From a virus, in the IMG/VR virus record IMGVR_UViG_3300032006_002703, positions 43,411-107,410 of that record: a DNA stretch of 64,000 bases; one strand, 5' to 3'. Numbering within the stretch: position 1 is the stretch's first letter; each line of letters opens with the position of its first letter. The translations under genes were made by a program, and so were the position numbers. The notes beneath the pieces are model-generated. The model had not been told where the DNA came from and did not search any database. It saw only the letters and a list, made by a program, of their open reading frames with translations. Shown in pieces: positions 1 through 9,446 of the stretch.

Positions 1-1919
1 GCTCCATAAATGTTTAAGTTTAGGCCAACTCTTTTTGAGGCTTCAAAGATTAAATTTAAATAATACTGAGGGTCTCCCTCTGATTTTGCGTGATATTCGT
101 CACTGAATACTATTCCATCTTTATTTTTTATATGATGTAAATTGTTGTCTCTGTAATACTTTTTAAGGTTCGCATTTTCTAGATAACCCTCTCCTCTCCA
201 AGCGCATTCGACTAGTTCTTTGAAAGATTTTGCAAATGTTCGCCCTCTGTCCACTTGGAACATAATCCCACGGTAAAGCCCACCATAACCATTAAGTGAT
301 CCTTTAAGCTTTCCTAGGTCAGTGCTATACGCATCTTGAGGATGCTTATTGAAGTTGGGTAAGTGATAGTCTGGTGCAGCTTCGTCTTGAAATGCTACAG
401 CTAAAACATTATCCTTTTTCGCTGCCTCTGTAAAAAATTGAAGCGTTCTTTCTCCTGCATCATCTACTATAGTAACCCTTCTGTTGTATAAATTTTCATC
501 ATTATTGTAATATGGGAGGAGCGCCTGCTTTAAGAGAGTTTCCTTCATGATGTCCAATTGCCTTCTTGTTGCCAGGATGCTTCCGCTGCCATCAACGTGA
601 ATCATTATATGTAAAGCTCCATCTTTAGGTAGGTGGTCATAATTATATTCTCTCCCGTGCCCATGGTGTCCATGGCAATTTGCCCCATGCTCTGCACAGC
701 CGCCTTGCCCGATACCTAAGCCTAATTTTTCGGTAACCGTTCCTGTTACTAGCCCTGCAGCTCCACCAGCGCCAGCCCCGCTTGTTAATCCGCCCACCCC
801 GCCAATTTGAGGAAGGTCAACATTCCCAGGATTTGAGGGGGTGCTTTCTTTATTTAGAGGATTAGAATAATTGGCGAGCTCTTCTCCATCGTTAATTCCA
901 TCCCCGTCCGTGTCTGCGCTATTTGGGTTTGTTCCTATCTGAGCCTCCGTCGAGGCTGGGAGCCCATCACCATCTCTATCGTTTTCTGGAGTAGCTTTAA
1001 GGTTTGCAGGCATAAGGGGAGAGGTTCCAACCCCTCCAAGAGTAGGAACAGCTTTTCCATTTAGTACTGCTTCTCCAACTCCCGCTCCAATTCCCGCTCC
1101 GCCTCCAGCGCCAGCGCCAACCGCACCACTACCTATTCCTGCACCGACCCCTTGGCTTGGATAATTATAAGCGTATAAATCTCCCTTGCCAAGCCCATTT
1201 CCTTTTTTCTCTGCATCGTCATTATTTTTAAGACTTTCTAGGTCTAATTCAAAATCTGGCACATCGTCTTTTGCTAAAGTTAAATTCGTAAGAACTTCTT
1301 CATCTTCCGTATCGATCCCCACCTTGCTTTCTGCCAATCTGCGATCCAGGATCCCCTTATCAAAGTCTCTTTCTCTTATGGCTCTATCTAGAGCGCCGAC
1401 ATCAACAGTTCCAATGTCGTCATTATTTACTCCAATATGATTCCTAACGTCCCTATTGTAAATTCCGTCATTTCGACGACCAACAACATCGGAACCTCCT
1501 CCTATTCCACCAATACTATGACCTATCACATCTCTGTCATCAATTATTACATCATCTCTATCGCGAATGACAACATGATCCGTATTGTCGACCACTGCAA
1601 TATGCGGGTTTCTTTCTCCGTCTCTTAAAACAATTACATCTGGATCATCGTCTAAAACTATTCCGTCAAGCCTATCTGGACCCACGTCATAGTCCCGAAC
1701 GGTATTTACATTCCTATCGACATAAACAATTTCCTTTTCTGGCTTTTCCTCGTCTTTATAAACTTCGTGAAAAAGATTTTCTCCATCTTCTATTACGTCT
1801 GCCGTAACGACATGTTCTGTCGATCTGTTTAGAAAAACCAATAAAATAAACATAAGCATCATAAAATACCCAGTAAATAGATTGGCCAGTGATAGTTTTT
1901 TTAGTTTTTTATTATTCAT
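1..1919 (-). CDS. Membrane-anchored Gly-rich protein with TSP3-like Ca-binding repeats and a VWA-like domain (partial, runs off the window)
   Basis: Not in the ORF track; translated by hand from ATG 1919 with no stop to position 1. N-terminal hydrophobic helix (LFTGYFMMLMFILLVFL), DRDGDGLP..E..IGTNP..ADTDGDGINDGEE repeat, His/Cys patch CAEHGANCHGHHGHG, MIDAS-like HVDGSGS. Confidence 0.8.
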   Translation of the reverse strand, partial: MNNKKLKKLSLANLFTGYFMMLMFILLVFLNRSTEHVVTADVIEDGENLFHEVYKDEEKPEKEIVYVDRNVNTVRDYDVGPDRLDGIVLDDDPDVIVLRDGERNPHIAVVDNTDHVVIRDRDDVIIDDRDVIGHSIGGIGGGSDVVGRRNDGIYNRDVRNHIGVNNDDIGTVDVGALDRAIRERDFDKGILDRRLAESKVGIDTEDEEVLTNLTLAKDDVPDFELDLESLKNNDDAEKKGNGLGKGDLYAYNYPSQGVGAGIGSGAVGAGAGGGAGIGAGVGEAVLNGKAVPTLGGVGTSPLMPANLKATPENDRDGDGLPASTEAQIGTNPNSADTDGDGINDGEELANYSNPLNKESTPSNPGNVDLPQIGGVGGLTSGAGAGGAAGLVTGTVTEKLGLGIGQGGCAEHGANCHGHHGHGREYNYDHLPKDGALHIMIHVDGSGSILATRRQLDIMKETLLKQALLPYYNNDENLYNRRVTIVDDAGERTLQFFTEAAKKDNVLAVAFQDEAAPDYHLPNFNKHPQDAYSTDLGKLKGSLNGYGGLYRGIMFQVDRGRTFAKSFKELVECAWRGEGYLENANLKKYYRDNNLHHIKNKDGIVFSDEYHAKSEGDPQYYLNLIFEASKRVGLNLNIYG

Positions 1920-2181
1920 GTCTTGTAATCTTTGAGACCTTAAAGCCTGCGTTCTCTACGGCCTTATGTATCTCTTTGTCTGTTAAGGTTTTTCCTTTAA
2001 TTAAATAAATATGAGCCGTTTCTTTTTTTATATCGAACGCGACCTTGTATACTTTTTTTGTTTTATTTAAATGCTTCTTGATTCCTATTGCACAAGATGG
2101 GCATACAAGTCCCTTTATTTTTGCATCTATAATTTCAGCGGAGCTAGAATTTAAAATAAGCAGGGAGCAGGCTGCGAGCAT
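1912..2181 (-). CDS. Exported heavy-metal-associated (HMA, MerP/CopZ-like) protein
   Basis: GLVCPSCA CxxC motif and C-terminal AVENAGF typical of HMA domains; signal-like MLAACSLLILNSSSA. Start uncertain (ORF track gives 2235). Confidence 0.8.
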   Translation of the reverse strand: MLAACSLLILNSSSAEIIDAKIKGLVCPSCAIGIKKHLNKTKKVYKVAFDIKKETAHIYLIKGKTLTDKEIHKAVENAGFKVSKITRHE

Positions 2182-2257
2182 TAGCGTTTTATTTACGCCC
2201 CTGTATTTCCTTTGTCTAATTCCCATAGATACCAATAATAATCATCCAGCGGATCCA

Positions 2258-2794
2258 TTATTCCCTTCTGTCTTTAGTTTGGACGCGGTTTCTAACCTCT
2301 CTCGCAAGCTCCTTTTTTGCCGCTTTGATTTGCTCGTGTCTTTCTTTTTGAGATTCTTTAAACGATTTAATTAAATCTGCAACCTCTTCTTTGTTTTTAT
2401 TTTTTAAATTTTCTTGCAAAACTTTTCTTGCAAGATGGAGCTCATTCTGCAAAAGTTTCATTGCGTTTACTTTTATTTTAATCTCTTCAATAGGCTCGGG
2501 GCGAGGTCGAGGTTTTCTTCCTTCTTTGTCTGCTTTTATGTTTTCTGCAATCCATTTCGCTAAAGTGCTACTGCCCATTCCAAAACCTCCTGGTAAGGGT
2601 CTGTAGTCTCTTACTTGTAATGCTGGAGGTTTTCCCCAATGTGGAGGAAATGGCTTCCGCTTATTTTCGGATAATTTGGGTTTAACTTTTTCTATTTCTT
2701 TTGTTTGGGGCGGGTTTGGTTTTGACCTTTCTTTTTCGCCGAAAGAAAATCCTGCGACCAGCAGGGTAATTATAATTAAATTTATTGTTTTCAT
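2258..2794 (-). CDS. Secreted basic/helical hypothetical protein
   Basis: Signal peptide MKTINLIIITLLVAGFSFG; ATG 2794 lies 9 nt after a GTGTAT box. Confidence 0.7.
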   Translation of the reverse strand: MKTINLIIITLLVAGFSFGEKERSKPNPPQTKEIEKVKPKLSENKRKPFPPHWGKPPALQVRDYRPLPGGFGMGSSTLAKWIAENIKADKEGRKPRPRPEPIEEIKIKVNAMKLLQNELHLARKVLQENLKNKNKEEVADLIKSFKESQKERHEQIKAAKKELAREVRNRVQTKDRRE

Positions 2795-2825
2795 TAAATA
2801 ATGATACACAAATTAACAAATAAAG

Positions 2826-4109
2826 TCAAGTGGTTAGTTCTTTTAAAACTCTGCCTTGATTTAATATTGGATGTGGCCTTCCGCTGTGATCGTAATATTG
2901 ATGTTTTGGATTAACTCCCATATGGTCATATATCGTCGTTAAAACATCTGGAGGGGTTATGCCTGTTACAGGTTCCGACCCAGTCTTATCGCTTTCTCCT
3001 GCGACCCTGCCCCCTTTTACTTTTCCGCCTGCTATTGCTGCCGCCATTGACCTGGACCAATGGTCGCGACCTCCATTGGCGTTAATTTTTGGGGTGCGGC
3101 CAAATTCTCCCCACGCCACAACCATAACATCATCCATCATTCCTCTTGAATGAAGGTCAATAATTAGTGCGCTAAATGCCTTGTCAAATTGAGGTAAATT
3201 TCTCTCTCCCATGCTTTTGTCGCTAGCCTGATGGGTGTCCCATCCAAATGGAGTTTTTACGGTCACCATTTTTACGCCACCTTCTACTAGCCTTCTGGCT
3301 AAAAGAAGATCTCTGCCAAAACCTTCTCCGTATAACTCTTTTGTGAATGTTGATTCTTTTTCAATATCGAATGCATTTGCGGCTTTGCCGCTGGTTAGCA
3401 ATCCTTGAGCCTTACTGTTAAATTCATCTATCGAATCTACCATTCCAGATTTGTCTAGTATACTTCTAAAGCTATCAAATTCTTTTAATAGATTCTTTCT
3501 ATTGTCAACAATGTCCACAGTTAAAGATTGATCTAAAGTAAAATTTGTATCTCTATACGGAATAGTGCTAGAGGGCCTGGTCTTTGTTTCATAGGGTCCA
3601 AACTCATGCGGTAAATATCCAGGTCTAGTGCCGTTGTTATGATTGGGCACTACGACATATGGCGGAACTTCTGCCCCTTTTGAAGCGTGCTCTGATATTG
3701 TAGAACCTATACTTGGATAGAAATTCTGTTGTTGATTGGGGACGGGGGCCTTATATCCAGAATGCATAATCTCGTGCGCAGAACTATGATTATTATTGTC
3801 GTGATAAAGGCCTTTTATGATTGACCATTTATCCATGCAGTCTGCGCATTTGGCTAAATGTTCGGGCAATTGAATTCCGTCTACCGTGGTGGGTATAGCC
3901 TCAAAATGCCCTTTGAACGGTTGAGGGGCGTAAGGTTTTGGATCAAAGGTTTCATGATGTGAAGGACCTCCGTTCATCCAGACTACTATAACTGATTTAT
4001 TTTTATGTAGACCCGTGCGTTTTTGAGAAGCAAGTAATTGAGGTAATGTCAAATTGTTGGCCCCGAGCATTGCCCCGCTTACTATAAAAGATCTGCGAGA
4101 TAATTTCAT
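2826..4109 (-). CDS. DUF1501 family protein with twin-arginine signal
   Basis: MKLSRRSF N-terminus; GGPSHHETFDPKP, LLARRLVEGGV, WDTH, WGEFGRTPKIN..GRDHW motifs characteristic of DUF1501. Confidence 0.92.
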   Translation of the reverse strand: MKLSRRSFIVSGAMLGANNLTLPQLLASQKRTGLHKNKSVIVVWMNGGPSHHETFDPKPYAPQPFKGHFEAIPTTVDGIQLPEHLAKCADCMDKWSIIKGLYHDNNNHSSAHEIMHSGYKAPVPNQQQNFYPSIGSTISEHASKGAEVPPYVVVPNHNNGTRPGYLPHEFGPYETKTRPSSTIPYRDTNFTLDQSLTVDIVDNRKNLLKEFDSFRSILDKSGMVDSIDEFNSKAQGLLTSGKAANAFDIEKESTFTKELYGEGFGRDLLLARRLVEGGVKMVTVKTPFGWDTHQASDKSMGERNLPQFDKAFSALIIDLHSRGMMDDVMVVAWGEFGRTPKINANGGRDHWSRSMAAAIAGGKVKGGRVAGESDKTGSEPVTGITPPDVLTTIYDHMGVNPKHQYYDHSGRPHPILNQGRVLKELTT

Positions 4110-4124
4110 GCCTTATATATACAC

Positions 4125-4391
4125 TTATTCTTCTTCTTTTTCTGGGAGACTCTCTTTCCATCTCGGCGGATTCAATGGGCATCTGGTTGTTCCCATTAGC
4201 AATTTTGCGCTTGAGCATCCACACGCCCTACATCTCGCAAGAGTGCTATTTCCTAACTCTTGCCACCATTTGCAATCCCTACATAATTCCAGTCGCTCGT
4301 TTAAAACTTCCTTGGTAACCACAGGGTAACCTTGTGATTTCCATTTTTTGAGCGCATTACTTAAATTTTTTGCGAGATCAATAAACTTCAT
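4125..4391 (-). CDS. Small Cys-rich (putative Zn-binding) protein
   Basis: ERLELCRDC...CRACGC...CP..RW pattern common in phage hypotheticals; ATG 4391 preferred to the ORF-track start. Confidence 0.7.
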   Translation of the reverse strand: MKFIDLAKNLSNALKKWKSQGYPVVTKEVLNERLELCRDCKWWQELGNSTLARCRACGCSSAKLLMGTTRCPLNPPRWKESLPEKEEE

Positions 4392-4431
4392 TACATAATA
4401 ATAAAAAACTTGCGAAAGATTTAAATTTTTT

Positions 4432-5028
4432 TTAAAGATCTCCTGCAGCATTCATAATTGCTCCTGCATCTATTCCTTGAAACGGACCAAGCGGCTGCTT
4501 ATTTGTTTCTATTTTATCCAGCACTGGAGAGCCTGAGTGCAAAACATATACTACGGTATCATCAACCAATATTATTAGCGCAGAAAAACTCCAGCCCGTG
4601 CTATGGGTAACTTGCTTAAAAGATAACATGTCTTTCCAAAAGCTTCCAATTCTTTTTTTACTGGTTTGTGATATTACTAATTCATAAGCTTTGCATTTTT
4701 CATGCTGATTTAGTGCGTCCTCTATCCCTGGGGGTAATTTAATACTATTGAAAAGGGTACTATCCAGCTTAAATCGCTCCATCACATCTAAGTAGGTAAG
4801 TGTTTTTAGGTTTGGGGTTGACTTGAAGTCAATGCCTAATTTCCTCAGATCTTCTCTTGTAGTTTTATTTGGAATGATTTTATTTATAACTTGCTCCATT
4901 TGGTTATAGGAGCTCCAGGGAATTGTTGTTCCCTCTTGAGCACTCGGCAAAAGAGTTTTGCAGCTAGATAGAAGTAATACCCCTAGGGCCACCAAGATAG
5001 AGGTTAGCTTATTGCTTTGCCTTAACAT
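4432..5028 (-). CDS. Putative lipoprotein
   Basis: Hydrophobic N-terminus ending in lipobox-like LLLSSC. Confidence 0.7.
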   Translation of the reverse strand: MLRQSNKLTSILVALGVLLLSSCKTLLPSAQEGTTIPWSSYNQMEQVINKIIPNKTTREDLRKLGIDFKSTPNLKTLTYLDVMERFKLDSTLFNSIKLPPGIEDALNQHEKCKAYELVISQTSKKRIGSFWKDMLSFKQVTHSTGWSFSALIILVDDTVVYVLHSGSPVLDKIETNKQPLGPFQGIDAGAIMNAAGDL

Positions 5029-5287
5029 TTTTAACGCCTGTATTTTTTAGCAATTGTGCGCCCATTCTTATTTTAGTTGTACTATTCAATTCCCAAAATC
5101 CTACTTTAGGTAAATATTTATCCATGTATTCACAAAGCTCCTTTCGACTCATGTCTTGAAGCTCTTGATCTATTGGGAGTCCCAAAATATTATCTTTTTC
5201 TTTGTTTGGATATTCTCTAAATTTTTCAACAAAAATATAGAGAGTGCCAACCGAATAGAGTAACCATTTTATTATTAATTGAAACAT
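5009..5287 (-). CDS. Hypothetical membrane-anchored protein
   Basis: ORF coupled to both neighbours; hydrophobic N-terminus. Confidence 0.6.
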   Translation of the reverse strand: MFQLIIKWLLYSVGTLYIFVEKFREYPNKEKDNILGLPIDQELQDMSRKELCEYMDKYLPKVGFWELNSTTKIRMGAQLLKNTGVKNVKAKQ

Positions 5288-5288
5288 A

Positions 5289-5636
5289 TCATCCTTTCTT
5301 TATTTTTCTTTTGGCCTTAACGTAAGGCTTCATTAGGTAATGTTTGATGAATCCTCCAATCATTTGCTTTCCTAGTCTTTTTCTTATTTTATTTTCATAC
5401 CTCGTCATTGGGCAATCAATAACCCTGGAGAATGTAATGACTCCTATAAAAGTACAAAGCGGCAAGCATACATACCACGGTGGATTTTGTGAGGGAGAAA
5501 ATCCATTATATACTAAAATAAAGAACGCTCCAAAATTACCAAAAACAACTAACCAATGGAGTACTACTACAAGCATCAATTTCAGGCTGTCTGTTTCTGG
5601 CAGAAACCCAAAACGGCGGTTTTTGTTCATCAACAT
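5289..5636 (-). CDS. DUF2784-like membrane protein
   Basis: Two hydrophobic helices with a His, then DCPMTRYEN..R...G....GGFIKHY matching the DUF2784 pattern. Confidence 0.7.
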   Translation of the reverse strand: MLMNKNRRFGFLPETDSLKLMLVVVLHWLVVFGNFGAFFILVYNGFSPSQNPPWYVCLPLCTFIGVITFSRVIDCPMTRYENKIRKRLGKQMIGGFIKHYLMKPYVKAKRKIKKG

Positions 5637-5644
5637 GTATTGTA

Positions 5645-7462
5645 TTACACAATACTCTCTAAAAATTCATGTTCCCCATTTAGGATTTCTTTTGCTAGCG
5701 CATAGTTTTTCTTGTCGTTATTTTTTGATATCGCTTTAAATTTTTCCTCTATTTTTATTTTTGAATTTTTAAATACGCAATCCGCTAGCTTTCTTGCTTC
5801 TTTTGTGTTAATCGATTGAGCTCTCGACGAAGAGGCGGCGATAACAAATAATTCTGCACCGATTTCTGCCAGTCTCCCAAGAAGTAGCTGCTGTTTATCT
5901 AGTGCGGGTCCGTATCTTACCATTGAATGAAAAAGCTTTCTCGCAAGCTTTTTGCTAGTTTTTGAAACATACTTTAATTGACCTTTTAAGGCGGGATCCA
6001 TACCATTTGGTATTCTATGAGAAAAAGGGAGCCACTGCTTTGGGTACCATTTTGCATAAAACCATGCCGCTTTAATTGCTGCGACCATTCTTGTTTTCAT
6101 TGGCAGTCTACTGTCTAAAACTGCACCTGCTGCCTTGAGGTGGGGATCTAATGCTTCTCTTGCAAGGATGAGTCGCATTATTTCGCTTGACCCTTCAAAA
6201 ATAAGGTTAATTCTTAAATCTCTAAACATTCTCTCTACTGCAGGGTTAAGTTGCCCTCTGTTTTTTAAAGACTGCGCGGTTTCGTAGCCTCTTCCGCCTC
6301 TAATTTGCATTGTTTCGTCGATCATTTTCCAGGCGGTTTCTGTTCCCCACATTTTTGCTATAGCAGATTCAACTCTAATATCGTGATTTTTATTGTCTGC
6401 CATTTGTGCGGTTAATAGTACCATGGATTCCATAGCAAACGTATTTGCAGCAAGGTGAGCTAACTTATCTGCAATTGCGGAATGTTTTCCTATTACACAG
6501 CCCCACTGTGATCTGGTAGACGTCCACTGTCTGCAAACCTTAAGCATCCATTTTGTTGCGCCAACACATATGGCGGGGAGGGTCAATCTTCCAATATTTA
6601 AAGTTCCCAAGGCAACTTTCATCCCCCTCCCTTCTCCTAGTATAATATTTTCTTTAGGGACGTAAACTTCATCAAATTTTACAACTCCATTGTATAACGC
6701 CTTAAGCCCCATGAACCTGCATCGATTAACTATACTTACTCCTGGCATATCCATGTCTACAATAAAAGCTGTAATTTGCTTTTTTCCATTTTTGTCTGGG
6801 GTTCTAGCCATTACTATGATGTGTTCCGCTTTTAATCCATTGGTGCACCAAAGCTTTTCTCCATTTAATACAAAATGACTTTTGTCTTCTGAGAGCTTTG
6901 CTTCTGTGATCATTTTGGAGGGGTCAGAACCTACTCCATCTTCCGTTAAAGCAAAAGCGCTTACCGCACCATTGCTGAATTTTGGTAAATATTTTTCTTT
7001 TTGCTCTTCTGTTCCGTACATCAAAAGGGGTTGGGGCACGCCTATTGATTGATGCGCGGACAGTAGGGCAGATATATTTCCGCACTCCGAGCCGCAGACC
7101 ATTGCAGCCTTTGAGTAATTTGTTTGAGATAAACCTCTTCCTCCGTATTCTTTTGGGATCTTGATTGCAAAGGCTCCAATTTTTGCCAGCTCTTTAAATA
7201 CCTCATCGGGAATTTCCCCATTTTCATCTATGGCGTCAGGGTCTACGTATTCGGTAAAAACATTTTTTAAATCCGAAGTGAAGTCTTCTCCCATTTTTGA
7301 TTGGTGTTCGTTTTGCTGGGGAAATGGAAATATATCGTTAAAGTTTATATTTCCACTATATAATCCACCTGCAAACGTTTTATTTAAATCCTCTCTCCCT
7401 GCTTCCGCAGCCTCAAGTGCGGCAGCTTTATCTTTCGACATTTTTGATGTATCTATTGACAT
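5645..7462 (-). CDS. fadE: Acyl-CoA dehydrogenase (long-chain, VLCAD/ACAD9-like length)
   Basis: IPKEYGG, AFALTE..VGSD, LNGEKLWCTNG, GGRGY, R.FRDLRI..IFEGSSEI with the catalytic Glu present. Confidence 0.95.
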   Translation of the reverse strand: MSIDTSKMSKDKAAALEAAEAGREDLNKTFAGGLYSGNINFNDIFPFPQQNEHQSKMGEDFTSDLKNVFTEYVDPDAIDENGEIPDEVFKELAKIGAFAIKIPKEYGGRGLSQTNYSKAAMVCGSECGNISALLSAHQSIGVPQPLLMYGTEEQKEKYLPKFSNGAVSAFALTEDGVGSDPSKMITEAKLSEDKSHFVLNGEKLWCTNGLKAEHIIVMARTPDKNGKKQITAFIVDMDMPGVSIVNRCRFMGLKALYNGVVKFDEVYVPKENIILGEGRGMKVALGTLNIGRLTLPAICVGATKWMLKVCRQWTSTRSQWGCVIGKHSAIADKLAHLAANTFAMESMVLLTAQMADNKNHDIRVESAIAKMWGTETAWKMIDETMQIRGGRGYETAQSLKNRGQLNPAVERMFRDLRINLIFEGSSEIMRLILAREALDPHLKAAGAVLDSRLPMKTRMVAAIKAAWFYAKWYPKQWLPFSHRIPNGMDPALKGQLKYVSKTSKKLARKLFHSMVRYGPALDKQQLLLGRLAEIGAELFVIAASSSRAQSINTKEARKLADCVFKNSKIKIEEKFKAISKNNDKKNYALAKEILNGEHEFLESIV

Positions 7463-7463
7463 A

Positions 7464-9446
7464 TTAGTGTGGTCCTGAAAATTTACTATACTCTATGGGG
7501 CCACCCTTAAAGGGTGCCCAACCTGTTCCCATGATCATTGCAAAATCGATATCGTCTGTAGTTTTTGCAACCTTTTCTTGTATGCATTTCTGCGCTTCTT
7601 GAGTCATTGACTCTACCATCTTGCTTTCTATGTCGCACAATATGGGGTTGTCTTTTTGCATTTTTAAAAATACTGGGTTTGGACAGACAGCTTCCCTCCC
7701 TTTATACAGGAAGAATCCTTTTCCGCTTTTTCTTCCAAATTGTTTTGTTTCTAGGATTTTATGAATTATTTGAGGGACCTTAAAATCATCTAGCCTTTTT
7801 TCTAAATCAAGCGCTACATGAGCTGCAACATCGAGACCTATTTCATCAAGCAGTCTTAGCGGACCCATAGGCATGCCAAAATCTAACATACAGTTCTCTA
7901 TGGAGGTTAGCGGGTGCCCGTCCGAAAATAATCTTAAAGCTTCAACAAGATAGGGTAATAGGATTCTGTTAACCAAAAAGCCTGGACTATCCTTAACCAC
8001 TACTGGAAGCTTTCCTATTGAGATTACAAATCTTTTTGCTCTATCTTCTGTCTCTGCGCTAGTTTTCTCTCCAACAACAATCTCAACCAATTTCATCTTA
8101 TGTACGGGATTAAAAAAATGAATTCCCACAAAGTTTTCTGGTCTTTTAAGTCCTTTTGCAAGTTCGGTTATTGACAGCGCAGAAGTGTTTGTCGCGAGAA
8201 TTGCATCTTCTGCTAGCCCGCTCTCTATTTCCTGCAGGACCTTTGTTTTTAATTCGAAATTTTCTACAACAGCCTCTATCGCTAGACTTTGCTTACTAAG
8301 GGGTACAGAGTTTTTTGTGAAGTTCAGTTTTCCCAAACAATCTCTAACTGTGGGCCTATCTATTTTATGCTTAAGTACCGCAGAAACAAAAAGTTTGCCT
8401 ATTTTTTTGAGACCAGATGCTATTGCGCTCTCAGAAACATCCTTTAATAAAACTCTTTTTCCTCTAGAGGATATCCATTGGGCAATCCCTGCGCCCATTG
8501 TTCCTGCGCCAATAACGACAATATCATCATCTATTTGTTTATCAAGTTTCGGGTCATACCATGGCATTCCATGGGGAAGCTTTTTCGCTCTTTCTTGCAG
8601 AAAGAATACTCTTATTAAATTTCTACAAGCCTTAGTTTTTGCGAGAGAAAGGAACCCTTTCTTTTCTAGCTTGAGTGCTGCGTACTTATTTTTAAAAAAA
8701 CTTTTTGCCACAACTTCAATTATTTTATTGGGTGCAGGGTAGTTTCCTCTAGTCTTTTTATAAACACTTTTCTTTGATAGAAAAATTGAAATCGGCAATA
8801 GTATGGCTTGTGTTAATTTATTGACTTTTCTTTTTGGTTTTTTGGAACCACACAAGCTAACGGCCTCTTTAAAAAGATTTTCCTTGTGGCACATCTTATC
8901 CACCATTCCTAATTTAAGCGCTTGAATTGGGGCATAGATTTTACCAGAAAGCAATGCCTGTAGGGATTTTGGTAAACCAATTATTCTTGGCAACCTAGTT
9001 GTTCCTCCCCATGCGGGTAATATCCCAAGCATAACCTCTGGGAGCCCTAGTTTTGTGCATTTTTCATTGGATGCAATTCTGTATTTACATGCAAGAGACA
9101 ATTCTAATCCCCCACCGAGGCAGGCGCCATTGATTGCGGCCACGGTAGGTATACTTAACCTTTCTATTCTATTAAAACTCTCTTGTCCGTAGCGCAAAAC
9201 TCCACGAAGCCACTTTTCGTTTGTTAAATTATCTTTCATGGATAGAAGATCCGCTCCTGCAAGATAAATCGAGGGTTTCTTGCTGACGAAAATAAGACCT
9301 TTAATATCTTTATTTCCTTCGACCTCCTCCAGGATTTCATTCAATCTAATAAAAAAATCCATATTTAAGATATTTGCTTTAGAGTTTGGTTGATCAAACT
9401 CTGCTACTGCAATTCCGTCTGTTATATTAAAATTAATCATTCGCAC
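7464..9446 (-). CDS. fadJ: Enoyl-CoA hydratase / 3-hydroxyacyl-CoA dehydrogenase multifunctional enzyme (FadJ/FadB family)
   Basis: Crotonase motifs AAINGACLGGGLELSLAC and GLPEVMLGILPAWGGT; NAD-binding GAGTMG, ATNTS, GIHFFNP, PGFLVNRIL, GMPMGP. Confidence 0.95.
   Translation of the reverse strand: MRMINFNITDGIAVAEFDQPNSKANILNMDFFIRLNEILEEVEGNKDIKGLIFVSKKPSIYLAGADLLSMKDNLTNEKWLRGVLRYGQESFNRIERLSIPTVAAINGACLGGGLELSLACKYRIASNEKCTKLGLPEVMLGILPAWGGTTRLPRIIGLPKSLQALLSGKIYAPIQALKLGMVDKMCHKENLFKEAVSLCGSKKPKRKVNKLTQAILLPISIFLSKKSVYKKTRGNYPAPNKIIEVVAKSFFKNKYAALKLEKKGFLSLAKTKACRNLIRVFFLQERAKKLPHGMPWYDPKLDKQIDDDIVVIGAGTMGAGIAQWISSRGKRVLLKDVSESAIASGLKKIGKLFVSAVLKHKIDRPTVRDCLGKLNFTKNSVPLSKQSLAIEAVVENFELKTKVLQEIESGLAEDAILATNTSALSITELAKGLKRPENFVGIHFFNPVHKMKLVEIVVGEKTSAETEDRAKRFVISIGKLPVVVKDSPGFLVNRILLPYLVEALRLFSDGHPLTSIENCMLDFGMPMGPLRLLDEIGLDVAAHVALDLEKRLDDFKVPQIIHKILETKQFGRKSGKGFFLYKGREAVCPNPVFLKMQKDNPILCDIESKMVESMTQEAQKCIQEKVAKTTDDIDFAMIMGTGWAPFKGGPIEYSKFSGPH

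Noticed and set aside
1186-1628. Short plus-strand ORFs here and the many other antisense ORFs in the track (e.g. 8185..8742, 37722..38213, 63399..63704)
   Set aside because: Shadow ORFs opposite long, motif-bearing or promoter-linked genes.
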